Assembly (NCBI GenBank): GCA_963747865.1 | Contig: CAVVHK010000109.1 | Location: 1 to 64,000, forward strand | DNA: 64,000 bases | Source: an uncultured delta proteobacterium | Lineage (GTDB): Bacteria; Desulfobacterota; Desulfomonilia; Desulfomonilales; Desulfomonilaceae | Reading direction: 5' to 3' | Part shown: positions 51,471 through 63,199 of the stretch, piece by piece | Numbering within the stretch: position 1 is the first letter of the stretch | Layout: each line of letters starts with the position of its first letter | The notes under the pieces: generated by a model | Seen by the model: the letters and a program-made list of their open reading frames with translations, nothing else | Databases searched by the model: none | What the model was told of the DNA's origin: nothing | Program-made: the position numbers and the translations under genes

Positions 51471-53180
51471 CTAGCAGCAGGGTATAAATGCAAGATATTG
51501 AGTAAGTTTTTCGAGAGCAGCCCCTGAATCCACAGACTGTGCGGCCAGTAGGAGTCCGTCCCGGAAATCATCGGCTTTTTCGGACACCACAAGCGCAGCC
51601 GCCGAGTTCAAGAGAGCTATGTCTCTGCGCGGTCCGGGTTTACCTGTAAGGATGTCCCTCAAATGCACAGCGTTCTCACTGGCGGCGCCGCCTGAAATGT
51701 CGCTCAATTCGCACTTGGACAGTCCAAGTTCTTCAGGGTCTAAGGTGAAAGTTGAAACTCTCCCGTCTTTTAATCGGCTTATCTTCGTAGGGCTGCACAG
51801 AGAGATTTCGTCAAGACCGTCCAGTCCGTGAGCCACCATAGCGGACTTGATTCCAAGGCCTTGAAGGGAGAAAGCTATTGGCTCGGTAAGGTCAGCGTCG
51901 TAGACTCCCATCAATTGGCAAGAAGCCCCCGCGGGGTTGGTCAACGGCCCCAATACGTTAAAGATGGTCCTTATCCCCATCTCCTGCCGTGCCCCCATGG
52001 CATACTTCATGGCTAGGTGGAACGACGGGGCAAAGAGAAAACCGAAACCGGTCTCCTTGATGCATTTGCCCACCTGATCGGGAGAATGGCTGAGATTGGC
52101 CCCAAGTTCCCTGAGCACGTCCGCGCTGCCGCATGAGCTGGATACCGATCTATTACCGTGCTTTGCCACCATAACGCCTGCTCCGGCCACTATGAAAGCG
52201 ACGGTCGTCGAAATATTGAAGGTTCCGGCTCCATCTCCGCCGGTGCCGCAAGTGTCGATGAGCGCTGAGCCGTCGTGGTCCACGCGCACCGGAAGGGCCT
52301 TGCTTCTCATGACGTGCGCGGCCCCGGTTATTTCTTCGACGGTCTCGCCTTTCATTTTAAGAGCCGTGAGAAACGATCCGATCTGCGCGCCGGTGGCGTT
52401 ACCGGACATAATGGTTTCCATAGCGTTTTCCATTTCGACGCGGCTGAGATTTTCGCCCTTGGTGGCCTTCTTTATAAATTCCTTGAACATGACTACCCCC
52501 TCAACTATGTTGGATTTTCCGGCGCTCGACGTGCATGGGACAGATTTAGGACCGGGATTCTCGGATAGGCTTGTAACTGCTTGGGGCCCAGTGGCTTGCT
52601 TGGACCGGAATTCTTCAGCCATCTTTAGAAAGTTGGCCAAAATGCGTTTTCCGCCGGTGGTGAGGATTGACTCCGGGTGAAACTGAACTCCTTCGATGGG
52701 AAGCTGTTTGTGTTTGATCCCCATTATCTCGTCCTGATCTGTGGTGGCAGTCACTTCCAGGCAATCCGGAAGCGATTCCTTGTCCACGATAAGGCTGTGG
52801 TACCTGCATGCGTCGAACGGATTGGGCATCCCGGCGAAAAGTCCTTGTTCCTCTGTAAAAATAGGGGATGTTTTCCCGTGCATGAGCCTGGGAGCCGAGA
52901 TCACATTGCCTCCGAATGACGCTCCAATGGCCTGATGCCCGAGACATACCCCGAGAATCGGAATGTCTGCGCCTAGTTGCTTTATGACGTCCATGGAAAT
53001 GCCGGCGTCCTCGGGACCACCCGGTCCAGGGGAAATAACTATCGCCTCGGGATTGGTCGAGCTTATTTCCGCAACCGTGGTCTGATCATTCCGCCGGACC
53101 ATGACCTCTTCGCCAAGCTCTTGAAAATACTGGACGAGATTAAATGTGAAAGAGTCGTAGTTATCGATTACGAGTATCAT
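51471..53180 (-). CDS. trpGD: Bifunctional anthranilate synthase component II (glutamine amidotransferase) / anthranilate phosphoribosyltransferase, TrpG-TrpD fusion
   Basis: N-terminal '[18 protein letters not shown]...GVCLGHQAI' (GATase). C-terminal 'DTCGTGGDG...[18 protein letters not shown]' (TrpD). ATGA overlap with trpE. Confidence 0.9.
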   Translation of the reverse strand: MILVIDNYDSFTFNLVQYFQELGEEVMVRRNDQTTVAEISSTNPEAIVISPGPGGPEDAGISMDVIKQLGADIPILGVCLGHQAIGASFGGNVISAPRLMHGKTSPIFTEEQGLFAGMPNPFDACRYHSLIVDKESLPDCLEVTATTDQDEIMGIKHKQLPIEGVQFHPESILTTGGKRILANFLKMAEEFRSKQATGPQAVTSLSENPGPKSVPCTSSAGKSNIVEGVVMFKEFIKKATKGENLSRVEMENAMETIMSGNATGAQIGSFLTALKMKGETVEEITGAAHVMRSKALPVRVDHDGSALIDTCGTGGDGAGTFNISTTVAFIVAGAGVMVAKHGNRSVSSSCGSADVLRELGANLSHSPDQVGKCIKETGFGFLFAPSFHLAMKYAMGARQEMGIRTIFNVLGPLTNPAGASCQLMGVYDADLTEPIAFSLQGLGIKSAMVAHGLDGLDEISLCSPTKISRLKDGRVSTFTLDPEELGLSKCELSDISGGAASENAVHLRDILTGKPGPRRDIALLNSAAALVVSEKADDFRDGLLLAAQSVDSGAALEKLTQYLAFIPCC

Positions 53181-54694
53181 TTCCGCCTCCCTGGAAAAGT
53201 CTTGGCAATCGCAAGGGCCCGTTTCATGGCCTCGGCTTTTTTGATGGTTTCCTCGAATTCCCGCTCCGGGACGGAATCGGCGACTATCCCGGCTCCGGCT
53301 TGAAAGTAGGCGTTGGCGCCTTTCAGCATCACGGTTCGGATAGTGATTCCCATATCCATGGAACCGGAGTACGAGAAGTAACCCACACAACCACCGTATG
53401 GGCCTCTCCTGTCGGGTTCCAGATCCTCGATAATTTCCATGGCCCGGATCTTGGGCGCTCCGGACAAAGTGCCTGCCGGGAAAGTGGCCCTCAGAAGGTC
53501 GTAAGCGTCGTATCCTTCCGCAGGAATTGCTTTGACGTTGCTGACCATGTGCATTACGTGGGAGTATTTCTCTACCGTCTTGAACGCGTCCACAACTACG
53601 GTTCCAGGCTTCGCTATGCGGCCCAGGTCGTTCCGGGCCAAATCCACAAGCATCACGTGTTCAGCAAGTTCTTTCGAGTCCTTCAGCAGGTCTTCTTCAA
53701 GCGCCGCGTCAGCCTCGGGCGCCTTAGCCCTGGGACGTGTCCCGGCAATGGGCCGGACCACCGCTTCTCCGTTGCGCAGCCGGACCATGACTTCGGGGGA
53801 TGAGCCTGCCAGGACTTCATCATCGGCCTTGATGAAAAACATGTACGGAGATGGATTGATCGTCCTCAGACCGCGGTAAATGCTCAAAGGGTCGTGATTA
53901 AAGTTGCCCTGGAAGCGCTGTGAAAGGACCACTTGGATTATGTCGCCGGCCTTAATGTGATCTTTGGCCTCGAGCACCATGTTCTCGAATTGCTCTTGGC
54001 TCATGTTGGACACGAAAGTGGAACCGTCGGGGTCCGGCGCCGAACAAAGAGGGGGCGCAGGCGCGTCAAGCTTGCTGCGAAGCCTTTCAAGTCGGGCGCA
54101 GCCATCCGCGTAGGCGGTCGAAGTTGAATCGAACTCGTCTGGCCTCACCATGGTGGTTAGGATTATTTTGTGGAGGAAGTTATCAAAGATGAGGAGATCG
54201 CGAGTGATCATGAAACAGGCTTCAGAGAAACCCGGATCCGGTCTGTGTAAATCGGGAAGCCGTTCGAAGCCTCTGACCACGTCGTAGGAAAAGAACCCTA
54301 CTGCGCCTCCATAGAATTCCGGGCAGTCATCGAATTCGGCGGGGGTAAAAGAGGCCATCACCTGTTTCACAAATTCCGCCGCGTCCGACACTCCATTGAC
54401 CGTCGTGGTTTCTCCTCCTGCGGTAACACGCGCGATCCCATCGCGAATCCTGATTAAGGAATGAGGGTCTGATCCCAGAAAGGAATACCTGGCCCATCTT
54501 GTCCCTCCCTCAACGCTTTCCAAAAGAAAGCCGGCTCTGGAATCATCTATCTTCATGAACGCGGATAATGGAGTGTCCATATCCCCGGGAATTTCCATAA
54601 CGATCGGAATCAGGTTGCCGTGACTGCATAGAGTATCGAAGGTGTTGAAATCCGGCTTGATCATGAGCATTTCCTTTTGATAACCGCTGCGCAT
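53177..54694 (-). CDS. trpE: Anthranilate synthase component I
   Basis: The chorismate-binding domain '[17 protein letters not shown]' and overall TrpE similarity. Confidence 0.9.
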   Translation of the reverse strand: MRSGYQKEMLMIKPDFNTFDTLCSHGNLIPIVMEIPGDMDTPLSAFMKIDDSRAGFLLESVEGGTRWARYSFLGSDPHSLIRIRDGIARVTAGGETTTVNGVSDAAEFVKQVMASFTPAEFDDCPEFYGGAVGFFSYDVVRGFERLPDLHRPDPGFSEACFMITRDLLIFDNFLHKIILTTMVRPDEFDSTSTAYADGCARLERLRSKLDAPAPPLCSAPDPDGSTFVSNMSQEQFENMVLEAKDHIKAGDIIQVVLSQRFQGNFNHDPLSIYRGLRTINPSPYMFFIKADDEVLAGSSPEVMVRLRNGEAVVRPIAGTRPRAKAPEADAALEEDLLKDSKELAEHVMLVDLARNDLGRIAKPGTVVVDAFKTVEKYSHVMHMVSNVKAIPAEGYDAYDLLRATFPAGTLSGAPKIRAMEIIEDLEPDRRGPYGGCVGYFSYSGSMDMGITIRTVMLKGANAYFQAGAGIVADSVPEREFEETIKKAEAMKRALAIAKTFPGRRK

Positions 54695-55084
54695 TGTTTC
54701 TGGACCTTAGGGTAGAGCTCCGCTTGAGGCTCTCTTCCACCTCTCAGGTCAAGACGCAGGATTTTGAAATTCTTCCTTGCAGGAAGGGGCAATGTATCGG
54801 GTACGATTTCAAGACGTTTCACTGTGTTGTAACCTTATAACTAAGCGACTTAACTATGTTTTATAGTTGCCTGATGGAGAACAAAGATCCAGTGTCACGG
54901 ATGGATGCGCCCCGCCTTATGGAATTGAGCCGGACTCAATTCCCTTACATGCTTACTTGTTGAATGTGGGCCTTATTTGGACTCCCGAAGCCGCTCTTCA
55001 AATGTTCTTTGTCTCCTAGCGGCTTTCAAAAGGCATTTGCCCTGATGAATGGTCGGGAGGCGACAAGCTGACTTCATAAACGCA

Positions 55085-55120
55085 AAAAAGCCATGAGCGA
55101 TCTGCCCATGGCTTTTGTTA
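55085..55120. terminator. Bidirectional rho-independent terminator-like hairpin (gccatgagcgatctgcccatggc flanked by A/T runs)
   Basis: aaaaaagccatgagcgatctgcccatggcttttgtt. It would terminate the minus-strand SCP2 gene and isolates the trp operon leader. Confidence 0.5.
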
Positions 55121-55285
55121 ACGATCTAATTGAGTTGTCAGTTAGCCGTCGCTAGGCAGACCTCCCGTGTTGTTTTCTCCAGCGCCACCACCAATTTCTT
55201 AGGCTGTTGATTTTACACATAGTCGTCTACCTTTTGTCTCAGGTTACATGAACCCCATTTAATTGTCAACAATTATTTCGTTCAA

Positions 55286-55615
55286 TTATGACATCGGAAA
55301 TAGAGACGGGATCCTTTGAGCAGCCATTATATCTCCGGTGGCCCGGAGTTTACCGGTCATAAACGCCGTCATGCCGTTGAGCTGGCCGTTACACATGGCA
55401 AGCCAGTCCACGTCAACCATACTTAGAGTCACATTCGGGCCGGCATGCACACCTTTGCTGACTGAGCATGCGCCGTCCTGAACGCTCACATTCCATTCGC
55501 CCGCTTGGGCGCCGGAAATACTGAATTGGTAAATCAAGTTCAATCCTGCCGCTGCGGCAGCGTTAAATACCTGAGGCATTTTTTCGAAAACTTCTTCAAC
55601 TGAAGTGAATCCCAT
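55286..55615 (-). CDS. SCP2 (sterol-carrier-protein-like) domain protein
   Basis: 'AAAAAGLNLIYQFSISG...TAFMTGKLRATGDIMAAQRI' matches the SCP2 fold. Confidence 0.6.
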   Translation of the reverse strand: MGFTSVEEVFEKMPQVFNAAAAAGLNLIYQFSISGAQAGEWNVSVQDGACSVSKGVHAGPNVTLSMVDVDWLAMCNGQLNGMTAFMTGKLRATGDIMAAQRIPSLFPMS

Positions 55616-55749
55616 TTCTACTCCTTCTAGGGCTAAATTCAATCAACTATTCAGTCGGTCGCCGCAATGACACAGGCGACAACTGAGCATCACCGCCACT
55701 TTATTGCACAAAATGGAAACAAGTGAAAGCTTTTTTGGTAAGCGTTCGT

Positions 55750-55785
55750 CGGGAGGAAACTCATTTGTGCAAAAGGGTTTCCCGG
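55750..55785. repeat. Family A palindrome (cgggaggaaactcatttgtgcaaaagggtttcccgg)
   Basis: Lies just downstream of the HtrA stop. Confidence 0.7.
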
Positions 55786-55798
55786 TGAAATATTACTC

Positions 55799-56974
55799 TT
55801 AGCTCTGCATACCCGGATCTTCTCCCAACTTTAGGTCCACCACATGTTCTTTGTTGTTCCTCAGAAACTTCACGCTGACCTGGTCACCTACATTTTTCCG
55901 CAGTATCACGCTCTGAAAATCATCATAAGTCGGCGTGGGCACCCCGTCGACCGCCAGGATAACATCACCCCCGAGCACCAGCGGCCTTCCGTCTATGACC
56001 ACAGGCCGGTTGCCGTAATAGGCGATCTGGCTCCCGCCCTTAAGCCCTACCTGGGCAGCGGGGCTCCCGTGAGCCACCTCGAAGATGAGTATCCCTCTGA
56101 CCGGAGCTAGGCCCATCAGCTCCGCGACTTTAGGGTCAAGATCCATATATGATTTTATGCCCAACCACGGGTAAATGGCGCGGCCATGCCGGAGAATCTG
56201 GTCGGCCACCTTTTTGGCCCTGTTTATGGGCACGGCCAGACCGATTCCCATGAATCCGCCGGTCTGACTGTAAATGGCGGAATTCACACCGATTACTTCA
56301 CCTCGAGAGTCTATGAGCGGTCCTCCGGAATTCCCGGGATTGATGGCCGCGTCGGTTTGAATCAGCCCCATCATCGTACGTTGGCCGATGGCAAGGTCGC
56401 GGTTCAAGGCGCTGACAAAACCCGCCGTAACTGTGTGTTGGAAGCCGAACGGGTTACCGATGGCTATGCTCCGCTGTCCGACGACTAAGGAATCCGAGTT
56501 GCCCATAGGCGCCACTTTCATCTCTGGGAACGGGTCCACTTTGATTACAGCCAAATCGCTTACCGGATCTTTGCCCACGAGCCGCGCTTTGACTTTACGC
56601 TCCCCTATGAAGGTGACTTCCAGGATTTCGGCGTTGGATACCACGTGGTTGTTTGTGAGTATGTATCCCCTGGGATCTATGACGAAACCGCTTCCTTGGC
56701 CCACTTGAGGGACGGGCTGCATCCAGAAGTTTACCCCTAGGCTGGTGGCGACTATGTTTACGACTGCGGGGCTGACGGTACGATAGACGTTTATCACCAC
56801 GGCTTCGCCGCTCTCCAGGGCTTCATACTTGGGCGCAGGCTCAGGGGGCGGCTGTGGTATCAGGTGGGGGGGCGAGGTCCTTTGTTGCAACCATAGCCCG
56901 GCAATTACACCGACACCGAATATCACAACAAAGGTGATAAAAACGGACCATTTTCTGGAATTCATTGAATCCAA
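55799..56974 (-). CDS. htrA: HtrA/DegP-family periplasmic serine protease with a PDZ domain
   Basis: N-terminal TM. 'GSGFVIDPRGYILTNNHVV', 'GNSGGPL' (catalytic Ser). C-terminal PDZ 'GILIFEVAHGSPAAQVGLKGGS'. Confidence 0.9.
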   Translation of the reverse strand: MDSMNSRKWSVFITFVVIFGVGVIAGLWLQQRTSPPHLIPQPPPEPAPKYEALESGEAVVINVYRTVSPAVVNIVATSLGVNFWMQPVPQVGQGSGFVIDPRGYILTNNHVVSNAEILEVTFIGERKVKARLVGKDPVSDLAVIKVDPFPEMKVAPMGNSDSLVVGQRSIAIGNPFGFQHTVTAGFVSALNRDLAIGQRTMMGLIQTDAAINPGNSGGPLIDSRGEVIGVNSAIYSQTGGFMGIGLAVPINRAKKVADQILRHGRAIYPWLGIKSYMDLDPKVAELMGLAPVRGILIFEVAHGSPAAQVGLKGGSQIAYYGNRPVVIDGRPLVLGGDVILAVDGVPTPTYDDFQSVILRKNVGDQVSVKFLRNNKEHVVDLKLGEDPGMQS

Positions 56975-57237
56975 CCGTCAGGCAAGTATGGGGAAAGCAT
57001 TTTAGGCAGATTCTGAATTGCGCGTCCAGCGTTGGACCAAACTGAATCGTTCTGCGCTATTTCAGGATTAGGGTTCGCTTGAGGTCGCTCTTGATTCGAC
57101 TCCGGATAGATGGGACTTGATGCGTAAACTACGGGTCGCCCTCTCTGGTCCCGGCTATAGTATCCGTATCCCAGAGTCTCGCCTGTGACGGTCAGAACCC
57201 GGATCTGGTCCGACTGGGGTCCTGAGGACATCAACAT
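56962..57237 (-). CDS. Small hypothetical protein between the PBP1A and HtrA genes
   Basis: 91-aa ORF whose start overlaps the PBP stop and whose end overlaps the HtrA start. Weak support. Confidence 0.2.
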   Translation of the reverse strand: MLMSSGPQSDQIRVLTVTGETLGYGYYSRDQRGRPVVYASSPIYPESNQERPQANPNPEIAQNDSVWSNAGRAIQNLPKMLSPYLPDGWIQ

Positions 57238-59883
57238 GGGGCGCCGGTGTAAGGATCATTCAAGCCGGGGGTTGAGGCGTAATCCAGATCAACGCGAGAA
57301 ACTTGTTTCAATTCCGGGCTGGGGGCAAAGTCAGGGGAGGCCTCCAGCAACGCGTCCTTGGGCGCCTTACCGGAATAGGCCGCAGAATCCAGAAATACGA
57401 TGCCGGGTGGGGTAGGGTAGTTGCTCGCCGGAGTACTGCTCAGCGCTGCGTTCATGAAATCCATCCATACCGGTAGCGCCGCTGTTCCTCCGTGTTCTTG
57501 CCTGCCGAGGGTGGTCTTGGTGTCGTGGCCGACCCAGACCCCTGTGGTGTAAGTGGGGTTGGAGCCCACGAACCAGGCGTCGGAACAATCATCCGTAGTC
57601 CCGGTCTTGCCCGTCAGGTCCCGGCGCTTCATCTTTGCAACGCTTGAAGCGGTTCCCGACACGCACACATCCCTCATCATACTCAGCATTAAGTAAGCTG
57701 TCTGAGGAGTCATTATCCTGGGCATCGGCGCTGTGAGGGACTCCAATCTCACGGGAAGGATTCGATGCGATGGAATTTCCTTCACGGGAACGTTTACCCG
57801 GGGCGCGTTTGGAGCAGAAAAGCGGCCGGGGTCGAACTGGCCTGATAGAGCGGTATAGGGCGCGTTGGGTTGCGCTTGGTATTGCGGAGCCTGCTCCTCC
57901 TCGTTTTCGGAATCATCCGGGTCCTCTTCGGGTTGCTCGGGCGCAGGTTGTTCAAGGACTTGTTCGCTCTGCTTGGCAAACAACTCCGGTTGGTCTTCGA
58001 CCATTCTCTCGGCTGGGTTTAAAGGCTCTACAGTGTTGTCTTCCAGCGCCTTACCGAAGCGGTCAACGACTTTTTTCACAAATACCGGGTTGGTCCTTAC
58101 ACCCATATTGGGAAAGACGGTGTATGCGCTTGTGAGTTCGAGAGGCGTGACTTCCGACGCCCCCAGAGCCAGCGATAGGTTTTTTCCCAAGGGCGAGTTG
58201 AGTCCCGACAGCTTGGCCATTTCAATAGCCCTGTCCAGACCGACGTCCATAAGCAATTTTATTGCTACGATGTTGCGAGAATGCGCCAGCCCCTGCCTCA
58301 AAGTCAGCGGTCCCTGAAACTGGTTGTCCGCGTTCGCAGGCAACCATTGTTCGTCCCGTCCCACCTGGACGGCGATCGGATCATCGATGATCACCGTGTT
58401 GGGACTGTACATGGTCCATTCTAGGGCAGCGGCGAAGACGAACGGTTTAAAAGCGCTTCCAGGTTGACGCATCGCCTGCGTAGCCCTGTTGAAGTTGGAA
58501 CGTTCGAAATCCATCCCACCCACAAGGGCGCGCACGTAACCTGTATTGTTTTCCACGCAGACCACAGCCCCTTGAACTCCAGGCGTGGTATCTTGGTCAA
58601 GGACTGTCTGGCCGTTCTGCACTTCGGACACCCGGAACTGGACAACGTCATTTGGCTTGTACTTGATGTTGCTAACCAGAGTCATGCGGAATTGCCGATT
58701 TCCCTGGAGGGCGAGGGCGCAATCCTGTAACTGATCCTCAGGCTTGCTTTTTCCCTTCTTCTGGGTCTGATTGACCGAATGGTTCGCTATGACAAGACCT
58801 TGGACGTAATCTCCAACTTTATAGGTCTGGTCTGGAGCCGAGGCCAGAAATTCCTTGGCTTCCGCAGGCTTCAGTCTTTTCACCAACCCCGCGGGACGGC
58901 CCTGTCGTTTCTCCCACAGCAGACCTCCCTTGAGCAGGGAATCCGCCGCAGATTTCTGCATTTTAACGTCGCAAGTTGTCCATACCTGCAATCCTTCATT
59001 GTACAGCTTGTTTTCGCCGTATTTTGACAATATGTATTGGCGTACTGTCTCAGTAAAATAGGGGACCCGCTCGTAAGGGTTCGGCTGAGATTCTATTATT
59101 GCGGGAACGCTCGCTCCGGCTTCCTTAAACTCGCCCTCTGTGATGAAACCGTGCTTCAGCATTTGTCCCAGCACGAACTCCCGACGCTTCAACGCTCCTT
59201 CCAAATTCTTCTGAGGAGACAATTTGTTGGGATTCTGCACCAGGCCTGCAAGAAGCGCAGCTTCAGCTACGGAAAGGTCTTTGGTGGTTTTGCCGAAATA
59301 GGTCCTGGCCGCGGACTCTATGCCGTAAGAACGGTTACCCATATAGATTTCGTTGAGATACAATTCGAGTATCCGTTGTTTGGATAGGGTTTTTTCGAGC
59401 CTGAAGGACAGAATGACTTCCCGGATCTTTCGCGAGATTTTCTTTTCTTTGGTGAGCAGGAAGTTGCCGCGTTACCTGCTGGGTAATGGTGCTTCCACCC
59501 TGAGCAAAGCTGCCCTCTGTGAGATTCTTGGCGAGAGCTCTGACAACTCCGAAGATGTCAATCCCGGAATGGCTGAAGAAGCGGGCGTCCTCAGCGGCAA
59601 GGAAAGCGTTAACAACTTTTGGCGGGATTGATTCCAACGGTATGGGGAATCGTTTTTCTTTGAAGAACAGGCCGATTACAGAGCCGTCTTCAGCATAAAA
59701 CGTGGACACGGTCTTTGGGCGGTACGCCTGCAAGTCTGGAATTTTGGGCAAATCAGCGGAAAAGACTATGTAGGAGCCCGCTGTCGCGCCCAACAGACCC
59801 GAGATAACGGCGCAGCACACCAGCGCCGGGATTCCGGCTATGAACCAGGCGAGCGCCTTTGCCGAACTGAATTTATACCTCAT
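57231..59883 (-). CDS. mrcA: Class A penicillin-binding protein 1A (glycosyltransferase + transpeptidase). It has one frameshift near 59400-59470.
   Basis: GT51 motifs 'EDARFFSHSGID', 'GGSTITQQ'. After the frame switch: 'YLNEIYMGNRSYGIESAA'. Transpeptidase motifs 'SAFKPF' and 'KTGTT'. Confidence 0.85.
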
Positions 59884-60394
59884 TTGGAATGGCCGGCCCT
59901 ATCTATACAGCTCCATCAACAAAAATGAAGGCGCCTACATCAGGCTACAACGCCCGCATGCCTCGGAAGAGCTTTCTACGTTAGGCTTTGCAACGCCCCT
60001 GATGTCCCGGTCTTCTGTGCGCTCAAATCGGGAATACTGCACGCGAGCCGATGTCGGTCGCTCATTTAATGTAATTAGTTTAAATGATCGGAGATTTTAC
60101 GTCAAGAAATACAGCGCTTCGCTAGTCAAGTATTCCGACGTCCAGGTAACGAACGGCCCTTAGAAGGCTGTCGAAGGCCGGCGCATTTCATCTTTGAAGA
60201 GACGGTCTGCGTATAGTCGTTGAGAAGCCCGTGGCCGCCGGGTAGCGCAATCGCCGCACGGCCGTCGCTTGAAGTCAAGCTAGGAAGCGATCGCGTCGCC
60301 TTCATAGACGGAACTGAACACATATAGTTGTCCTCCTTGGGCTTCGCTTCGCGGGGGACTTAAAGTGTTGCTTCAAAGGCAACAAAACTAACTA

Positions 60395-60560
60395 TGTCAT
60401 TGCTGCGCTCGCAATGACAACTTTATCGCTCCACCCATGCGAAAAACACCGCAATTTTCAACGCGGATCACTATTAAGGAACGGAAAAGCAGGTTTTCAC
60501 TCACAGGGGAGAGATTGCTTCCTCCGCTGGAAGCGGAGTCGCAAAGACAAGCGCAAATGT
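60395..60560. repeat. Diverged, inverted copy of the family D nested-palindrome element
   Basis: gagattgcttcctccgctggaagcggagtcgcaaagacaagcgcaaatgtcattcc...aagcaatctc is the reverse complement, with rearrangement, of the 26.6 kb copy core. Confidence 0.55.
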
Positions 60561-60721
60561 CATTCCTGGGAGTGAAACGACGAAGCAATCTCAAAACTTG
60601 CCGCTCATGAGTGAAGCGTTACAATGCGGAAGTTGCGTTGAGTCGATTATTGTTCTAAGTTCATGATGGACAGTCAAGTACCTTCCAAAATTCACATGCC
60701 CACAGAGGCACGGCAGGCGCC

Positions 60722-62155
60722 ATGCGTTGGGGAATCTTAACAAACCTGGCCATTATCCTGGTCATAAGCGGAGCGCTGCTATTCGCTGTGTTCAGCGCTT
60801 CTTTGGAGCGTTCGGCGATAGACCTTAAGATCCAACAAGCCGACACCATCTCGGATATCATCGAACACAATATACTGGGTTCAGGCGATTCCGAACAAAT
60901 GTGGGAACGTGTCCGCAGCTTTTGCAGAGGACGTCCTAATTTCAGATTTCAGCTTTGTGACGCCGCAGGCAAAGTGCTCGGATCCTGCAACATGAAGAAG
61001 GAATTGCAGGAACCTTTGTCTAAAGAGCCGGGCAGAAGATTTAAGGTCGTTGGAGTAGGCTGGCCTACCAATTTGTTCAGAGGCGGATTCGTAGTTGCGG
61101 ACACGGTTGGGCCGTTTCGCAATGGTGTCAATAGCTTGCGTGTAACTGTGGAACTTCCCGCGTCGGTGTTTTCCTCAGCCTGGAGGTTTTTCGCGGCTTA
61201 CTTGGCGCTGACCCAGTCCGCTCTGTTCTTCCTTGGATACATCCTGTTTCATCGCACTGTGGTGGGTCCGGTCAGCGAAATTGCGAACCTCGCAAGCAAA
61301 GGCGCCGGTTTGAGCACCGCTCCCACAATGGCGGACACCATGAATCTCAAGGGGGACATCCAACAAATTGCCCTCAGCATCCGTGGGATGCTGGCCAAGA
61401 TTGTGAGCGACAGAGAAAAGATGGCGGCGTTGATAGAACAACTTCAAACCGCCAACAAGGATCTGGAAGCCGCGGAGCAGAGTCTGATCAGGACCGAAAA
61501 GTTGGCGGGAATCGGGCGCCTTGCCGCGGGCGTTGCCCACGAGGTGGGTAATCCTCTCCAGATCATAATGGGATATGTGGAATTGCTGCAACGCAGGGCC
61601 GAAGGCTCGAATCTGGAGATCTTGGACAGAGTGGATCAGGAGCTCAAAAGGATTCACGACATCCTGCGGCGTCTACTGGAGTATGCCCGTCCGGAACGCA
61701 GGTGCGTCACTCCCTGCGACATAAATTCGTTGGTATCGGATTGCAGCGACCTGCTGAAGGGACGAAAAGGTTTCAGGAATTGCGATTTCGAGCTTTCCCT
61801 TGATCCGAATTTACCTATGGTCAAGACCGAGCCCGAGAAGCTCAGGCAAATCATCGTAAATCTGTTGTTCAACGCTGCGGACGCCATACCGGACTCAGGG
61901 GGAAAAATAACCCTCCAGACCTTGCGACTGGAAAACAAAATGGAAATCCTGGTCAGGGATACAGGCTGCGGAATCCCACCGGAAAATCTTGAAAAGGTCT
62001 TTGATCCTTTCTTCACGACAAAGGAGCCCGGCAAGGGCACAGGATTGGGTCTGGCGGTTTGCCTCGGCCTTGTGGAATCAATGGGGGGAGAAATCAGCCT
62101 GGAATCACAGTTGGGGGAGGGGACAACGGTGACGGTGAGATTTCCGGTAGGGTAG
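60722..62155 (+). CDS. Sensor histidine kinase (2 TM + HAMP-like + HisKA + HATPase_c)
   Basis: H-box 'AHEVGNPLQII'. N-box 'LLFNAADAI'. G-boxes 'DTGCGIP', 'GTGLGLAV'. Confidence 0.85.
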   Translation: MRWGILTNLAIILVISGALLFAVFSASLERSAIDLKIQQADTISDIIEHNILGSGDSEQMWERVRSFCRGRPNFRFQLCDAAGKVLGSCNMKKELQEPLSKEPGRRFKVVGVGWPTNLFRGGFVVADTVGPFRNGVNSLRVTVELPASVFSSAWRFFAAYLALTQSALFFLGYILFHRTVVGPVSEIANLASKGAGLSTAPTMADTMNLKGDIQQIALSIRGMLAKIVSDREKMAALIEQLQTANKDLEAAEQSLIRTEKLAGIGRLAAGVAHEVGNPLQIIMGYVELLQRRAEGSNLEILDRVDQELKRIHDILRRLLEYARPERRCVTPCDINSLVSDCSDLLKGRKGFRNCDFELSLDPNLPMVKTEPEKLRQIIVNLLFNAADAIPDSGGKITLQTLRLENKMEILVRDTGCGIPPENLEKVFDPFFTTKEPGKGTGLGLAVCLGLVESMGGEISLESQLGEGTTVTVRFPVG

Positions 62156-62248
62156 GGGAGCCGCGAATTCCAAGTCGTAAACGATCCAACAAATTACTGA
62201 CAACGTCCGTTCGGAATCGTCAAAAAAGCTATTTTGGCGGAGACTTTT

Positions 62249-62625
62249 ATGGATCAACAACCGGACCATGTTCAGGCCTATGCGAGTCTGTTGATGGGGA
62301 CATTGTTCCTGGTAACTGCCGCCGCAAGCCTTATGAAGAGCGAGTGGAGAACCTCCCTTGGAATGACCAATGTCGACACGGCCATCCATTTCGCTGCGGG
62401 TGCCGCTCTTGTAACGCTCGGTTTGCTCGACCTGAAGGAGCTGATAATTTCAGTAGGTTTCTCGCCTCCCTATCCCTTGTGTTCGGCATTTACGTAAGCC
62501 TGTCGGCCTACGGTGGTCTCTACACCGCTCATGAAAGAACTGGAATGAAGGTTCTGTATTTGCTTGTCGGAGTTGTGTGCATTGTATCGTCCGTTTATGA
62601 AGGAATTTGGATTTACTTCAATTGA
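62249..62625 (+). CDS. Small hypothetical membrane protein. It may be frameshifted near 62455.
   Basis: 'LLMGTLFLVTAAASL...AIHFAAGAALVTLGLLD' then continues in frame +2: 'LASLSLVFGIYVSLSAYGG...LYLLVGVVCIVSSV'. Confidence 0.3.
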
Positions 62626-62704
62626 GGGCTATGATGGCTCGATGTTGTGATCTTCGCCGCCACATCCCCAAAAAATATTGAAATGAGATGACTGACCAAA
62701 AGAA

Positions 62705-63199
62705 CTAACTTCCTCCACCGCTCCACATCAGTGGAAACCAAAAACCTTTCAATTTGGCCTTTTGCACTCGTTGCACGAACACGTCATTGACGTATATCCA
62801 GGAGCCCGGCATTTGCGGTATCTTGAATATGGTGGCGCCCACCAGCTTGTCTGCGAAAAACGAGTAATCATCGATGTAAAATACCCGCCCGTCATCATAT
62901 CTATCCAAGGTGGACTTGATCTCGTCCAAGGCGTCAATAATTCGAGTTAAGTTATAGAAATAATACTCTTCGCCCGCTATTTTTACCGGAAGTATTTCTC
63001 CGTTTGCCTCCAGAATGTCTCGCAAAGCCGATACCGCTTTTCGGGTGAAAACTGGGACGCTTGGAACCAAGGAAGGATAATCGCCCTTGGGCATGGAAGA
63101 CATGTCCGGGTCCCATCCCATTTTTACGTCCATCCAAGGGCGATTCATCGGCTTTCCGTCAAAGCGACGAGAGAATTCCGTAAGATCGCCGACCGTCAT
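62705..63199 (-). CDS. Hypothetical protein, member 1 of a tandem paralog array
   Basis: Aligns along its length with the 63413..63904 product ('MSRRF.G.P...DVK.GWDPDM.SMPKGD.PSL.P.VP.F.R.AV.ALRD.LE.NGEILPV.IAG.EY..YN.TR..DALDE' and a C-terminal 'KGFWFPL.WS'). Confidence 0.5.
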   Translation of the reverse strand: MTVGDLTEFSRRFDGKPMNRPWMDVKMGWDPDMSSMPKGDYPSLVPSVPVFTRKAVSALRDILEANGEILPVKIAGEEYYFYNLTRIIDALDEIKSTLDRYDDGRVFYIDDYSFFADKLVGATIFKIPQMPGSWIYVNDVFVQRVQKAKLKGFWFPLMWSGGGS

